64,000 bases of DNA, from NCBI GenBank assembly GCA_951406725.2, contig OX597835.1:24738001-24802000 (forward strand), read 5' to 3'. Position 1 is the first letter of the stretch. Each line of letters begins with the position of its first letter. Below are positions 12,625 to 25,062 of the stretch, in pieces. This DNA is from Octopus vulgaris. Taxonomy: Eukaryota. Below the pieces are notes generated by a model. That model worked only from the letters and a program-made list of their open reading frames with translations, was not told the origin of the DNA and ran no database searches. Made by a program: the position numbers and the translations under genes.

Positions 12625-14122
12625 ACTTACTTACTTTTTTTCTGTTACAAGGCCAGCAATTTCGAGAGAAGAGGTAAACTGATTACACCAACCCCACCCC
12701 TTGGCTGGTGTTTATTTTGTCGACCTCAGGGGAATTTGAACTCGGGACGTAATCCGTCAGACGAAATACCGCAGAGCATTTATTCCGACACTTTAATGAG
12801 TCTGCTTAGCTATAACTCCAGAACAATTATTATTATAAAGTAGCTTCAGTAATATATTCAGAACGTTTTAAAGATAAAACTATGCACTGCGTCACAGGAA
12901 GGGGCTGCACGATATTTGGGGGACACGAGATACGATATATGGGGATATAAACAAACTCACTCGAAAGTACTCATTAAAATAATTTATGAGAAAAATTATC
13001 TTAGGCGAATCCTTTCTAATTAGCACACAGTTTTATACCAATTAAGAAATAATTAGCGCAGATAAGAATATGTTTTAGATAAGTACGTTTTGACTAAACA
13101 AACATCAAAAGTCAAAAGAATTTCGGCAACTTATCAGTAAATAAATTTGAAATTATTATAGGACAACTACAGTAATATAAAGATTTTCTAAAGCACCAGA
13201 GAAGTCGTTGGAAATAGATTAAATGCTGTGACATTAAGCCACATACTCCACTGTTAACAACATAATTGATATAAAACATGGCTAACAAACATTTTTAGTC
13301 CGATGTGACAAGATTTTAATTTCTTTAACAGTTTGTTACTGGAGTGTCACTTGCATGTATATATTTAGTTTTAGGCAAATACTTATAGGTGATATGATAT
13401 TGCAAGGAAATATATTTTTAAAGTCACCTGAATACCCGAGACGTATCTTTGCTCGTATACATGTAATAAGCTTTAAACGCACCGAAACTATGATGGTTCT
13501 GGTTCTTACGGCTGACTAGGGGCATTCTATGTTTAATTGCCCTCTTCTGTTAATCGTTTCTTCGTTTCATTTTGATTTTCAGTATATGTGTATGTGTGTG
13601 TGTGAGCATATTTGCATGTGTGCGTGCATGTGTATGTGTGTGTATGTGCGTGTATGTGTATGTATGTGCGTGTATGTGTGTGGGTGCGTGTGATTGTGCG
13701 TAAGTGCATGTGCATGTATGTGTGCCTGCGTGAGTGTGCGTTTGTCTATCTGTGTGTGTGTATGTTTGTGTATGAGTGAGTGTGTGTGGATGTATGTGTG
13801 TGTCCGTGTGTGTGTGTGTGAGTGGATGTGTGTGTTTTCTACATATACATAAATGCATATCAACGACAACAGCAGCAGCAACAACAACAACAACATCAAC
13901 TGATGTATCACGGCTGCGTTTAGCTAATCACTCAACTTCCTAGAAATAACAGCCAGACACTCCCTGAAATCACATTCAACTACGTGTAAAAATAACACAG
14001 GAAGAACAGATTATATATCTGGATAAAAACAGGAAGGCAGCATTGAAGAGTTCACGAACTGAATGCTTATGATTTATTTTGATCCATAGCTGCAGTGGAC
14101 GAGAACCTGGATTTATAGTCAA

Positions 14123-14562
14123 CTAGCAGTATCACCCGGCGTTGCTCGGATTTGTAAGGGAAATAACTATAAAGCATTTTTAGAGAGTTATAGCCAAAAA
14201 ATGCATTAAAAATGGAAAAAAATTATGGTAAATTTTTTTTAAATCGTTGACTCATCGTAGACATTTTTAGAGAGTTCCATTAAAATGGAAAAAAATGATG
14301 GTAAATTATGGTAAATTTTTTTTAAATCGTTGACTCATCGTAGACATTTTTAGAGAGTTCCATTAAAATGGAAAAAAATGATGGTAAATTATTTTTAAAA
14401 TCGTAGACTCATCGTAGACGCGCGCTAATACCCAGAAGGGCTCGATATGAATCACGACTATAAGATACCCGGTTTTGATTAAACTGCATCGCAAAATGTA
14501 GGAGTAGTTAGGAATCTAAATCGGAGTAGACAGACACACAACCTTTCTTTTATATATAAAGA
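14123..14562 (-). mobile_element. Non-autonomous Helitron
   Basis: Minus strand: A|TCTTTATATATAAAA ... CCGAGCAACGCCGGG hairpin ... CTAG|T. No TSD, internal tandem repeat of about 75 bp. Related to 48555-49189. Confidence 0.88.
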
Positions 14563-14615
14563 TAACAGCAACAAACAAAATACCCCAAATTTAGTTTCAT
14601 CTGCTTCGTGTAGAG

Positions 14616-14938
14616 CATAGGTTCTTAAAGTGGGCGCTAGCGCCCTCCGGTGGGCGTCGCAATGGTCCAGGTGGGCGCTGGTGTCTAAGGGGACGGTAAA
14701 GAAAAAGGAGCCGTTGGGAGGATGGCAGTGAATTGAAGGACGCTATGAATTTATTATAATATTATAATAGTATTGTATACAAATTATATAATATTATATT
14801 AAATATCAAATGATTCATAGTATATATAAATTAGTAAAATATAAAATATTTATTTATACATAAATATAGGTGTGGGGGCGTTGAGGGTATTATGTGTTCA
14901 TGACGAGGGTGGTGGCCCAAAAAGTTTGAGAACCTCTG
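14616..14938. mobile_element. hAT (Charlie-like) MITE
   Basis: TIRs CATAGGTTCTTAAAG and GTTTGAGAACCTCTG. 8-bp TSD GTGTAGAG/TTGTAGAG (7 of 8 match). Confidence 0.8.
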
Positions 14939-15179
14939 TTGTAGAGCCTATAAGGGTTAAAAAGTATTATACAGCTATCAAGCTTTATCGCGGGTGTTTG
15001 GTTCCAAAAAAAAAAAAGAAGAAAAAAGAAAACGATTTGCTAAATGAATCAGTGATAAGTGAAGACAAGAACAAACAGGGAAAATAAGTTTCGTTCTGAA
15101 GACCCGAGGTGTCCTGTGCACCGTGAGATGGTCACTGGGACGCGCTTTTGCGATTCAAGTAGAATTTTTGACTGATCGC

Positions 15180-15410
15180 TGATCCGTGTTATCACAGATC
15201 AATCCGTGATAAGCGTAACATGGCTTATAATTGGGCGTACAGTGTTATCCCGAATCCAGTGATGATACGATGTCTGATGAATAAGCATTGGGACTGTTGC
15301 CATAGTAACGAAGCTGAAGCACGCAGAGTGAAGCCACTTGGCAAAGACTGACCTTGAACTCTGTTGTGCATGCGCATAAAGTTTTAACGTTCTAGCTCAC
15401 TTCCGCTGTC
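15180..15410. promoter_or_regulatory. Candidate promoter/enhancer with clustered TF motifs
   Basis: RFX X-box GTTGCCATAGTAAC (15296-15309), ERR/NR5A site TGACCTTGA (15349-15357), NRF1-like TGTGCATGCGCA (15365-15376), ETS CACTTCCG (15398-15405), inverted GATA pair (15189-15212). CpG-containing unique DNA. Confidence 0.5.
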
Positions 15411-15457
15411 AGCTTTCTTCTCCTCCTCCTTCAACTCCTCCATCTACTTCTCCTCCT

Positions 15458-15551
15458 CTTCTTCTTCTTCTTCTTCTTCTTCTTCTTCTTCTTCTTCTTC
15501 TTCTTCTTCTTCTTCTTCTTCTTCTTCTTCTTCTTCTTCTCCTTCTTCTTC
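15458..15551. repeat. (CTT)n microsatellite
   Basis: Seen directly. Confidence 0.97.
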
Positions 15552-16365
15552 ACCTCAATCTCCTCTTTCGTCATTCCACTCCTTCCCAACACTCCGGCAT
15601 TTGTCCTACCTTAGCTCCAGTTCTTTGAGCTTTATGTTTCCTTCTCTCGACTTAAGAAATGTAATACATTCTAGATATCTTTACCAATCACAAGGTGCAA
15701 TTAAGTAAAAAAATAAAAATAAAAAAAGAAAGAGAAAAAGAAGTAATAATAGCGAAAATAACAGAACTGCTCAAAATTAATTTCGTTAACAGACTTCCCA
15801 GGCGCCTGTTTAAGTAAGCACATACACACCTTTACGCACACACATAGACACACGCTCAAACTCAACATACATACACACACTGCAATATATACATACACAC
15901 AAACATGCATGCACATACACACACGCACATAGACACATCTATGTACACACACATATATGTATGTTTATAAATATTTGTATATATATATATATATATATAT
16001 TGTGTTTGTGTATATACATATACATATGTGAATATAAACACAAGATATGGGTGTATACATATATATATATACATACATATAGGTGTATACATATATATAT
16101 ACATACATATATATATGCAAGTATACATGTATGTGTGTGTGAGTGAGTGTGTGTATGCGCGCGCGCATTCCTGTATATTCTGTACTTGAAGAAAATATAC
16201 ATATCTGAACTGTAGTACTCAATACTTCAGGAAGTACAAGACTCGTGTATATTTTATCCTAGTCACCTTACACAATATATACACGTATATGTGCATGTTT
16301 ATATGCGTCAATGCGAACACACGTGCGTGTGTGTATGCATATATATATATATATATATATATATA

Positions 16366-16750
16366 CAGGGTGCGATGGCTAAATTGTTGCATTTGATATT
16401 TTTGATTTCGCACATGCGCATTGTTTGTTTTTGATTTTGTCGACTGCACTGTATAGTTGGGTCCGTTGGGCACCATGACACAATTCTTTCAGTCAGAAAC
16501 ATGGAAATGACAGGCTGTACTGCTTGGCATTCGCGCCGCAACCTCCAATAGGAACATTTCAGAATGTTTGGGTGTCAATCTGAGAACAGAGGATTCGGAA
16601 AGAGTTGGATGAGTCTAATGGTGATTACGAAGGTACGGCAGCTGGGAAAACTCATTCTGATCATTCTGATAAGAAAAGAACTCCTGAATTTGTTGGTGAG
16701 ATCCGGGCTATGATTAACAACGATGTCGCCAAGTGAATCAGGTCCATCAA
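16366..16750 (+). mobile_element. 5' fragment of a DD37D/maT-like Tc1-mariner element
   Basis: Starts TA|CAGGGTG. Homologous to 40415-40650, which continues into transposase. Confidence 0.7.
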
Positions 16751-16801
16751 GGGGAGAGAATCGCTGAGAGAATCGTTGTTTTTATCTATATTTTATTGCT
16801 A

Positions 16802-17256
16802 CGTTTTTGTGTTTGGTTTCAAGATTCTTTATGTGAATTCGTGCGTTGAAGCATATGAAGACACAAACACATGAATATGCCGAATACACACATACATACA
16901 AACGTACACACACGCATGCGTACACAAACGCAAACGTACACACACGCATATATATATACACAAACACATACATACATACATACATGCATACATACATACA
17001 TACATACATACATACATACATACATACATACACACACACATACATATGTGTATACACAAAAACACTGATGCACGCACATGCACACAAACAAACAAAAAGA
17101 ACGCAGCTCTGATAACGGACAGATTCAACAACTATTGAAAAGGTTACAAGGCGCAACGAAAATTTTAGAAAAATTAAATGAGTGGAAATCGAACCGGTGC
17201 GTGTGTTAAATAAGAAGGCTCTGAAAGGGAATGACTCTCCCCAGACACAATAAAAT
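16802..17256. repeat. Family U copy with an internal inversion (16857-17256 inverted)
   Basis: 16802-16856 matches 12039-12093 forward; 17090-17256 matches the continuation in reverse complement. Confidence 0.75.
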
Positions 17257-17424
17257 TATCTTATTATGTTTCTATATGTGGAGGTGCGTGGCTGAAATGC
17301 TACGACAAGAGCATCGAAGTCAGAGGACCTTACTTTGAAGGACAATAGTTTTATATTTTTGCAAGTAATAAATCTCTCTCTTGAAAAAAATCTCAAAACT
17401 TCTGGAAAACACTTTGCGTGCGCG

Positions 17425-17590
17425 TTTTACTTGTTTCAGTCATTTGGCTGCAACAATGCAAGGGCACCACTAATGCAAAGGCTTAGTACTTATTCTATCG
17501 TTCTCTTTTGCCGAACCGCTATGTTACGGGGACCTAAAGACGCCGACATTGGTTGTCAAGCGATGGTGAGGGAATAAACACAGATACAAA
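17425..17590 (-). mobile_element. SINE family B, degenerate 3' half
   Basis: TTTACTTGTTTCAGTCATT...TTTGCCGAACCGCT. Similar 3' fragments at 24880-25010(-), 38985-39312(+) and 46938-47133(+). Confidence 0.75.
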
Positions 17591-17604
17591 CACACACTCG
17601 CAAA

Positions 17605-17675
<71 letters not shown>

Positions 17676-17677
<2 letters not shown>

Positions 17678-17848
17678 GGAGTAAGCACATAAATTTGAAA
17701 CAAGGTGGAAAAAAAGTACTCAAATACCAGAGGTAGAGTAATATGCTTTATTTAAAAGTAGCAGAAATAGAACAAAATTGTCCGACGAACGGGAATGTGA
17801 AACTCTGAGTAACAGCTTTTGTTATATTTCTGATGCTTTTAAATAAAG

Positions 17849-17853
<5 letters not shown>
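17676..17853 (+). mobile_element. Fold-back repeat family H2 with a hammerhead-like motif at 17778-17815
   Basis: 17676-17750 is the reverse complement of 58028-58102. Arms 17741-17777 and 17817-17853 are inverted repeats. Centre TTGT-CCGACGA-ACG-GGAA-TGT-GAAA-CTCTGAGTA-ACAG. Confidence 0.7.
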
Positions 17854-17880
<27 letters not shown>

Positions 17881-18770
17881 TGTATGTATGTATGTATGTA
17901 TATGTGTGTATGTGTGTGTGTCTTCTAACTGTGTGTGTATGCCGCTATGAAGTTAGTGTTTCATGTTGATCTAGACTTCCATGTAGATTTTCGTCAAAAG
18001 ATATTTGCATTCAGGTGAATATAAATTGTATCGGTTTCGGTGCATTATTCTATTCTAAAAAAATTAAATATATCTATCCTCATGTCACTGCTAGCCTTAA
18101 ACTGCTGATCACAGAAAGATCTTATTTCCTTTACACTACCTGATGAGAGACACAGTCCTCGAAACAAAACAAACAAAAAAACCCTCTGTAGAAACATACA
18201 CGCTGCGAGATATGGTGGCTTATATTTTCTTCATACTGTGTATCATAAATCGTGCCTTTCTATTTATGTTACCATTGACTAGACTTACTATTGTAGCTCC
18301 AAATAACCCATTATCTTTATAAACATGTGTTGAGCACTTTTGGTAAGAAATACGTCACTGACACTAATTATGATGTACCACGTGGAGTAAATGTGCGTTT
18401 TGTATATATACATTCATTATACACACACACAGACTCACACACATACATACATACATATATATACACATATACATACGTATAGGTGCGCGTATGTGTGTAT
18501 GCATGTATATGTATATATGTATACATTCATACATGTATGTATATGTGTGTATAGATTGTTTTATATATATATATACACACACACACACACATAGTAACAG
18601 TTCAGTGTACGTAATTCTATATATTTACGCACTCTAATGTAAAAATATCAACATATATACAGACACACTGTTACACACACATATATATATATAAATAAAC
18701 ATATATTCATCTATCTGTCCTCATCCTCACTCTCTCTCTCTCTCTATCTTTTTCTATGTTTATAGGCACA

Positions 18771-18902
<132 letters not shown>

Positions 18903-19463
18903 TATATATACATATATATAGTCATGCATTTTAAACCACACATATGTAAATTATCACTAATTTGGCGGTGCGAAAAACGATAGTTTAAAAAAAAAATTCG
19001 TATTGTTCAGGTTAATTTGGCAGAAGAAAAAAAATTTCGTTTCCTTTTATTTTTTTCCATAAAATAAAGAAAACTACCAAATACTGAGAAAAGGTTCCTA
19101 GACATGAATATATTCGAATATATTTCTATTTATTTAACACACACATACACATGTATATATGCGTGTGTATATATGTGTGTGCGTGTGTATATATATAGTA
19201 TTGTTTTCTATTGTATTGTGTTGTTATTTGTTGAATATGAAACTATGAAAACATTGTGTTGAACAGAAGCATCACTGAATACCTTCCGGTAGAGTAACAT
19301 TTATATTTTATTTCAATAAAGAAAAGGATCGACTGTTGCTTCGAAGTTTGGGCTGAGCGGCTGTCATCAGATGGCTACCAAACTGAAGCTATGACGTAAT
19401 TTTCAATCTTTTCTTTGTAAAATCATAATGCATATTTTTGTAAAATTTATAGGAATATGTCTC

Positions 19464-19495
<32 letters not shown>

Positions 19496-19599
19496 TGTAT
19501 GTATGTATGTATGTATGTATGTATGTATGTATGTATGTATGTATGTATGTATGTATGTATGTATGTATGTATGTGTGTGTATGTATGTATGTATGTATG

Positions 19600-19925
19600 T
19601 AATTATTCAATTTATTTCAAGATTTCTTGCCAATACAGAAAGAACCGGTTTCTTACCTAGTTCCAAGGCTCCTTCATCGGAATTTCAACATCAACAACAG
19701 GGTATTTTTGTATGTATGTATGTATGTATGTATGTGTGTATGTATGTATGTATGTATGTATGTATGTATGTATGTATGTATGTATGTATGTGCAGATTTG
19801 TATGTTTTATGTATGCATTCTCATGCATATAGTTGCGTATCTAGACATGCTCATATATATTTAGACGTTAAACTTCTGGAAAGCTTTACAGATTTTTACG
19901 GTTCCAGTGATGGTTTGGATATGTA
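19600..19925 (-). mobile_element. 3' end and probable 3' UTR of an R4/Dong-like non-LTR element embedded in (TACA)n
   Basis: 19787-19925 is a diverged copy of 20768-20910. The minus strand ends with AATAAATTGAATAAT followed by (TACA)n. Confidence 0.5.
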
Positions 19926-19949
19926 TGTATGTATGCACATGTGCAGATT

Positions 19950-20765
19950 GTAAGAAAGGCAACATGTAAGGCAACTGGAAGGATACCATCAATACTGTCT
20001 GAGAAAAATTTTAGGAATAAGCTGGAAAATGGCCATTAGTAATGTGGAGGTACTTGGGAGGAGTGGCTGTAGAAGTCAGTGATTCTGCAAAGAAGTTTGA
20101 GGTGGGAGAGACATCTGGTAAGGATGAGTGATGAGAGATTGCCCAAGCAGCTATTGTATGGTGAGCTGGAAGACAGCAGGAGACCAGCGCATAAGCCTAA
20201 ACTACTGCCTTAAAAATGCTATCATACAGACCATAATTGCAGTTGTTCATTCGGAGTGGGAGGAAAAAAACCGGGATAGATGGAGGGAGACAGTGCATAG
20301 TTGCTGTTTGGGGATTGAGTGGAAGAGAGTGAAGCATGAGAGAATTAGGAGGGGGCTTAGAAGGAGGGAACCTGTGGAGAGTGAGTGAGGTGTTGCTTTT
20401 TGTGTGTGTGGCTTGTGGGAGGAGGTGTTTGAGTCGTGCAGACTTGGTCAGCCATCAGAAATCTCATAAGAATCGACCCCTGATAAACAGTGATGTGGCA
20501 ATTACAATTCACAACAGAACACGTGTAAAATGTGAAAGGGTAAGCCTCTCAGTCGGAGGTCTTAAAAGACATGTTAAGAGAGTGCATACGATGGCACTTG
20601 TTTCTCCTGCCTGCCAGCCAGCACAGCTATGCAGTATATAATAAAATGTGTAAAACTTTGGCTGGGCTTAAAAGTCATAGAAGGGCATCACATGGCATCA
20701 ATAATGAATCATTTCAGTAAGTCTTTTTGGCAATGGCTTTTCTCGTTTAACGAGGGTGCAGCTGT
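19950..20765 (+). mobile_element. RTE-clade LINE 3' fragment, decayed, with C-terminal zinc fingers
   Basis: Translation across frames: QLEGYHQYCLRKILGISWK...SNVEVL...LRWERHLVRMS...DERLPKQLLYGEL...DRWRETV...CVACGRRCLSRADLVSHQKSH, typical of the RTE/BovB C-terminus. Frameshifted. Confidence 0.85.
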
Positions 20766-20767
20766 GA

Positions 20768-20983
20768 TATGTGCAGGTTTGTACGTTTTATTTTATGTAT
20801 GTCTTCTCATACATATGCTTGCGTATCTAGACGTGCTTTTATATACTTAAATGATAAACCTCTGGAAAGTTTCACAGATTTTTATAGTTCCAGTGATGGC
20901 TTGGATTTGTAGCCTTCGAATCAGCTTTCATCTTTCTAGTTTTGAGAAGCCTAGTTTCTCAAGATTGGTATTTAGGCAGTGTG
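20768..20983 (-). mobile_element. C-terminal fragment of a restriction-like-endonuclease (R4/Dong-like) non-LTR element
   Basis: Minus strand translates HCLNTNLEKLGFSKLER*KLIRRLQIQAITGTIKICETFQRFII*, resembling the LQxxAxxGTxxI C-terminal motif of RLE elements. Confidence 0.6.
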
Positions 20984-21381
20984 TGTGTGTGTGTTGTGAA
21001 ATGCTGCGCTGTATATCGCCTTGCAATATCTTCTTACAGAATATATAACAAAATGCATCAAATTTTATTCCTTTGAGGAAATCTCTGCGTGGTTTTGAGA
21101 CCTGCTAGAAATATCAGTCAAATCTTCCAGAAATCACATCTCACGGTCTATAAAAAAGAAACAAACGAACGAAGGAAAGAAAGAAAGAAAAGTGAGATCG
21201 GCTGAGGTAGTCCTAGATACGATTGGGAAGATAGGATGGTCATTGTTGGAATATCTTCTCAAACAAGGCTAGCCTTGGGCTACAACAACAATAACATCAG
21301 CAACAACAACGAAACTCAATCACAGTTTACTAGTGTATTAATAGCATTGTATATAAACTAGATAATAGGGTGAACTACATT

Positions 21382-22235
21382 TGGTGGTGGTGTTTGTGAT
21401 GGTGGTGGTGGTGGTGATGTCGGTGGTGTTGTGATGGTGGTGGTGTTTGTGATGGTGGTGGTGGTTGTGGTGGTGATGGTGGTATTGACGGTGGTGGTGG
21501 CTTTCTTGTTGGTTGCGGTATTGTTGTCGATGGTGTTGGTTATTAGTGAAGATGGTGGCGGTGGTGCCGATCCTTTCTCTTGTTTGTGGTGTTGTTGTTG
21601 TTGGTGGTGGTGGTGGGAGCAAGAGTTTACTAAAACAATACGTCGTCTCGTCATTTTCTCTGCTTTATTTGGAATTTTTTTTTAATAAGTTCATTATTTT
21701 TCAAGAAGGTGGTGGGGGAGGGAGAGGGGGTATGGAATCGGACGCTTTACTTCTTATTTACTCAACCCACTTTCTTTTGTTGTTGTTATTGGCGGCGGTG
21801 GTGATGTGACAGTTTTGGTGGTGGTGGTGGTGGTGGTGGTGGGAGGGGTGTGGTTATGGTGTTGCTGTTGTTGTTGTTGTAAGTGGTGGTGATTGTGTTC
21901 TTGCCGTTGCTGATGGAGATGGTTTTGGTGGTGGTGTTGGTGTTGGTGGTGGTGGTGTTTGTGATCGTGGTGGTGGAGGTGATGTTGGTAGTGTTGTGAT
22001 GGCGGTGGTGTTGGTGGTGGTGATGGTGGTGGTTGTGATGGTGATGGTTGTGATGGTGGTGGTATTGACGGTGTGATGGTGATGACGGTGGGGCGATAGT
22101 GATGGTGGTGGCGGCAGTAGTGATAGTGGTGGTGCTGTTGCTGCTACTGTTGCTGGTGTAATGTTGGTGATGATAGTGTGGTGGTGGTGGTGTCTAGTAT
22201 GGTGATGGCTGTGGTGGCGGCGGTGGTTGGGCGTG
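21382..22235. repeat. Degenerate (GGT/GTT/GAT)n low-complexity region
   Basis: Seen directly. A similar tract lies at 52620-53270. Confidence 0.9.
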
Positions 22236-22344
22236 TGGGTTTGCAATTTATTTCTGTCATCTAATGGCTTTTAAAAATAAATGGAGATATTTTGTTGTTG
22301 TTTGCGTTGCTTTCACTACACAATCGAGCATGACCCTGTGCATC

Positions 22345-22428
<84 letters not shown>

Positions 22429-23049
22429 TACCTAGAGTACATATTGTATTGAAAATAGTCCACGTAGTGCAGGTGTATAACATGATAGTACCATTTTCTG
22501 TATGCTGTGTATATATATATGTAAGGTCTGGTGTACTCTATGGAATATATTAACGGTGCCTAGCGGTAGAATTGTTTTGAAATTATTTAGGATAATATAT
22601 ATGTGTGCAGAAAGGATAAGTGTTCGGCTCTGTGTAGCATGTAGCTGTAGAAGGTGTATGCAGTATGACAATGTATTCCACTCTTATCCATTTATGCATT
22701 TTCTGCTTTGTTGGTGAGATTATTTATACTGTCATGATAAAACTGTTCACTACAACACACACACAAGCAAACAGATGTTTACAGTCCGAACTATGCTTAC
22801 TTATGGATTATGTTAAATAAGTGTGGTTAAGGCCGGGACGAATATGAATGCCTAGTGAGTTCGTCGTGACGTTCTACTGCCATCTTTCTAATCTTGAAGG
22901 TTAGATAGTTTTCCGCTGTCTAGTGGTTGAGATTCCAAAGACTGAGTGTGATTGAGCATTGATGAAACTGCAACAGTTATAGCAAATGTGTCTTATGAAA
23001 GTCATTTAAACTCAAACATACACGATAATGTTATTGTTACAGAACAACT

Positions 23050-23685
23050 CGGCTTGAGGCAGCACAGCTGATCTCAACAACGATGAGTTAATCCCAATAC
23101 AGCTCGGTTCAACACAAATCAGCACAACTCTGCTCAATGTAGGACATCTGATCTCAGAACATCACTACTCTACACAGCACAGCTGTTCCAAGCACCGCTG
23201 ATCTAAGCACAGCTATGTGTAACACAATATAATGCGGGTCAATGCAGCAGAGTTGACCCCCAGCAAAGCTCAGTTTAATACATAAGAGCTCAGTTCAACA
23301 TAGATTTTAGCACATCTCGGTTCAGTGAGGGACACCTAATCTCAGAATATCTCTACTCAACACAAGTGCAGTTGGTCTTAGCACAGCTCTGTATAACACA
23401 GTACAACGCGACTCTATGCAGCAGAGCTGATCCCAGCACAGCTCAGTTTAACACATAAGAGCTTGCTTCAACACCTCAGTTCAATGTCGAACAGTTGATC
23501 TCAGAACAGTTCAGCTCGATTCAACTGATCAGCACACCTCAATTCAATGCTATACAGCTGTTCCCAGAACAGCTCAACTCAAAATATCACCGCTCGATTC
23601 AACAGATCAGCGCACCTCAACGCCATGCAATACAGCTGATCTCAGCACAGTTCTGTTCAACCGAACACAGCTCAGCTTTAAGAAC
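23050..23685. repeat. Degenerate minisatellite (CAGCACAGCTGATCT-like 15-mer) with a higher-order duplication of about 180 bp
   Basis: Recurring CAGCACAGCT and GATCTCAG. 23120-23300 resembles 23308-23473. Confidence 0.75.
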
Positions 23686-25026
23686 ATAACGGGGTCTGTC
23701 ACAACTCCATTAAGACATTGTTCTGGAATATTTTCAGATCTTCTTCACCTCCAGCCCCACCACCCCCATACATGCTTCAGCTTTTTTTGTTTTTCCTCCC
23801 TTTTTGGCAAGCACCCTGCCATTTATTTTACCTCTTTCCCAATCCACCATCTGCTACAGACATTTATATAAGAAATAAACATACAAGTAAATACAGAAAT
23901 AAATGTCTAAAGAAATACATAAAGCAATTTCTCAACCTTGATGTATTTTATTTTGCTTTATTTCCAGTTGTTTTTTACTTTTTGCTTTCTGATTCTTCTT
24001 TTAATGGTGGAGGGTTCTAGGATCGAGATGTTGTTTTATGAAGTTACCATTGTGAGAAAGACAAAGCTTTCCGTTTTTCTGTAATCATTGTAATTTGTTT
24101 TCGTAGGGCGGGGGGAAGGAGGTGGGGGAAGCATTTATTTTTGTTTGTTTTTCTTTTAGTTTGTCTCTTATCTTTTTTTATATTTATATTTTGCTATTTT
24201 GTTGGGTTTTTTGGGGGGTTCTTTTTTAAAGAAAAACACTAGAAGGATGTTTTAACAGAAGACCGAACTATTAGGTGGATCTTCAACATTTTTACTGTGG
24301 GAGAGGTGAAGGGGAGGTGAAAGGGGGGACAGTATGTGTGCATGTGCGTGTGTGTACATGTGTGTGTGTATTGCGTGTGTGTACGTGTGTGTGTATATGG
24401 GTGTGTGTATAAGTCTGTGTGTGTACAAGTGTGTGTATGGTTGTGCATGTGTGTGTGTGTAAATCTGTATGTGTGCAAATGTGTTGTGGTGCAAGTATGT
24501 GTGTGCGTGAGTGTGTGTGTGCGAGTGTGTGTGTAAAAAGTAAAGAAAAAGAGGAGTTACGTAAGACTGCCGACCCCGGTTAATTCTTGACACAACATTT
24601 CGACTTGCTTCTCTTTAAAGGGTTGGTAAAACAGACGCTTAGATATATACATATATATACATACACACGCGCATACACACATAGACATGCACACATATAC
24701 ACATACACACACGCGCATACACACATATATACATACACACACACACACATACAAACATATACACATATACGCATATATACATACACACACAGAGAGATAT
24801 ATACACACGCATACACACACAAATTCAAAAATACACGTTCTCACATGCGCGTATGAAAGTATCTACGGATATTTTTTGTCTTTTACTTGTTTCAGTCATT
24901 AGACTGCGGCCAAGCTGGGGCACCACCTTGAAAAAATCATTTAGTGGAACCAATTGTTGACAGGACATTTTTAGAGCATGATGCTTATTCTATCGCTCTC
25001 TTTTGTCGAAGCGCTTTCTTTTCTAC

Positions 25027-25062
25027 TCTTCTGATGAAGAGCTAACGTCCGAAACGGTAAAC
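25027..25062 (+). ncRNA. Diverged hammerhead-like motif, H1-related, canonical core
   Basis: CTGATGA-A-GAGC-TAAC-GTCC-GAAAC-GGTAAAC. Stems imperfect. Confidence 0.4.

Noticed and set aside
15259-15277. GTGATGA...CTGA as a C/D-box snoRNA
   Set aside because: The boxes are under 10 nt apart and there is no terminal stem.
18136-18195. CTGATGA-GAG...CTC-GAAAC hammerhead
   Set aside because: Core and stem II are present, but stem III and the cleavage site are replaced by an A-rich tract. At most a dead remnant.
19332-19374. Minus-strand CTGATGA...CAAACTTCGAAG
   Set aside because: GAAA is mutated and stems are mismatched. Possibly a decayed hammerhead but not supportable. The same applies to 2911-2940 and 55255-55300.
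19636-19686. Minus-strand CCGATGA...GAAACCGGTT as a hammerhead
   Set aside because: Stems I and II cannot be paired in register. It is more likely part of a LINE 3' UTR.
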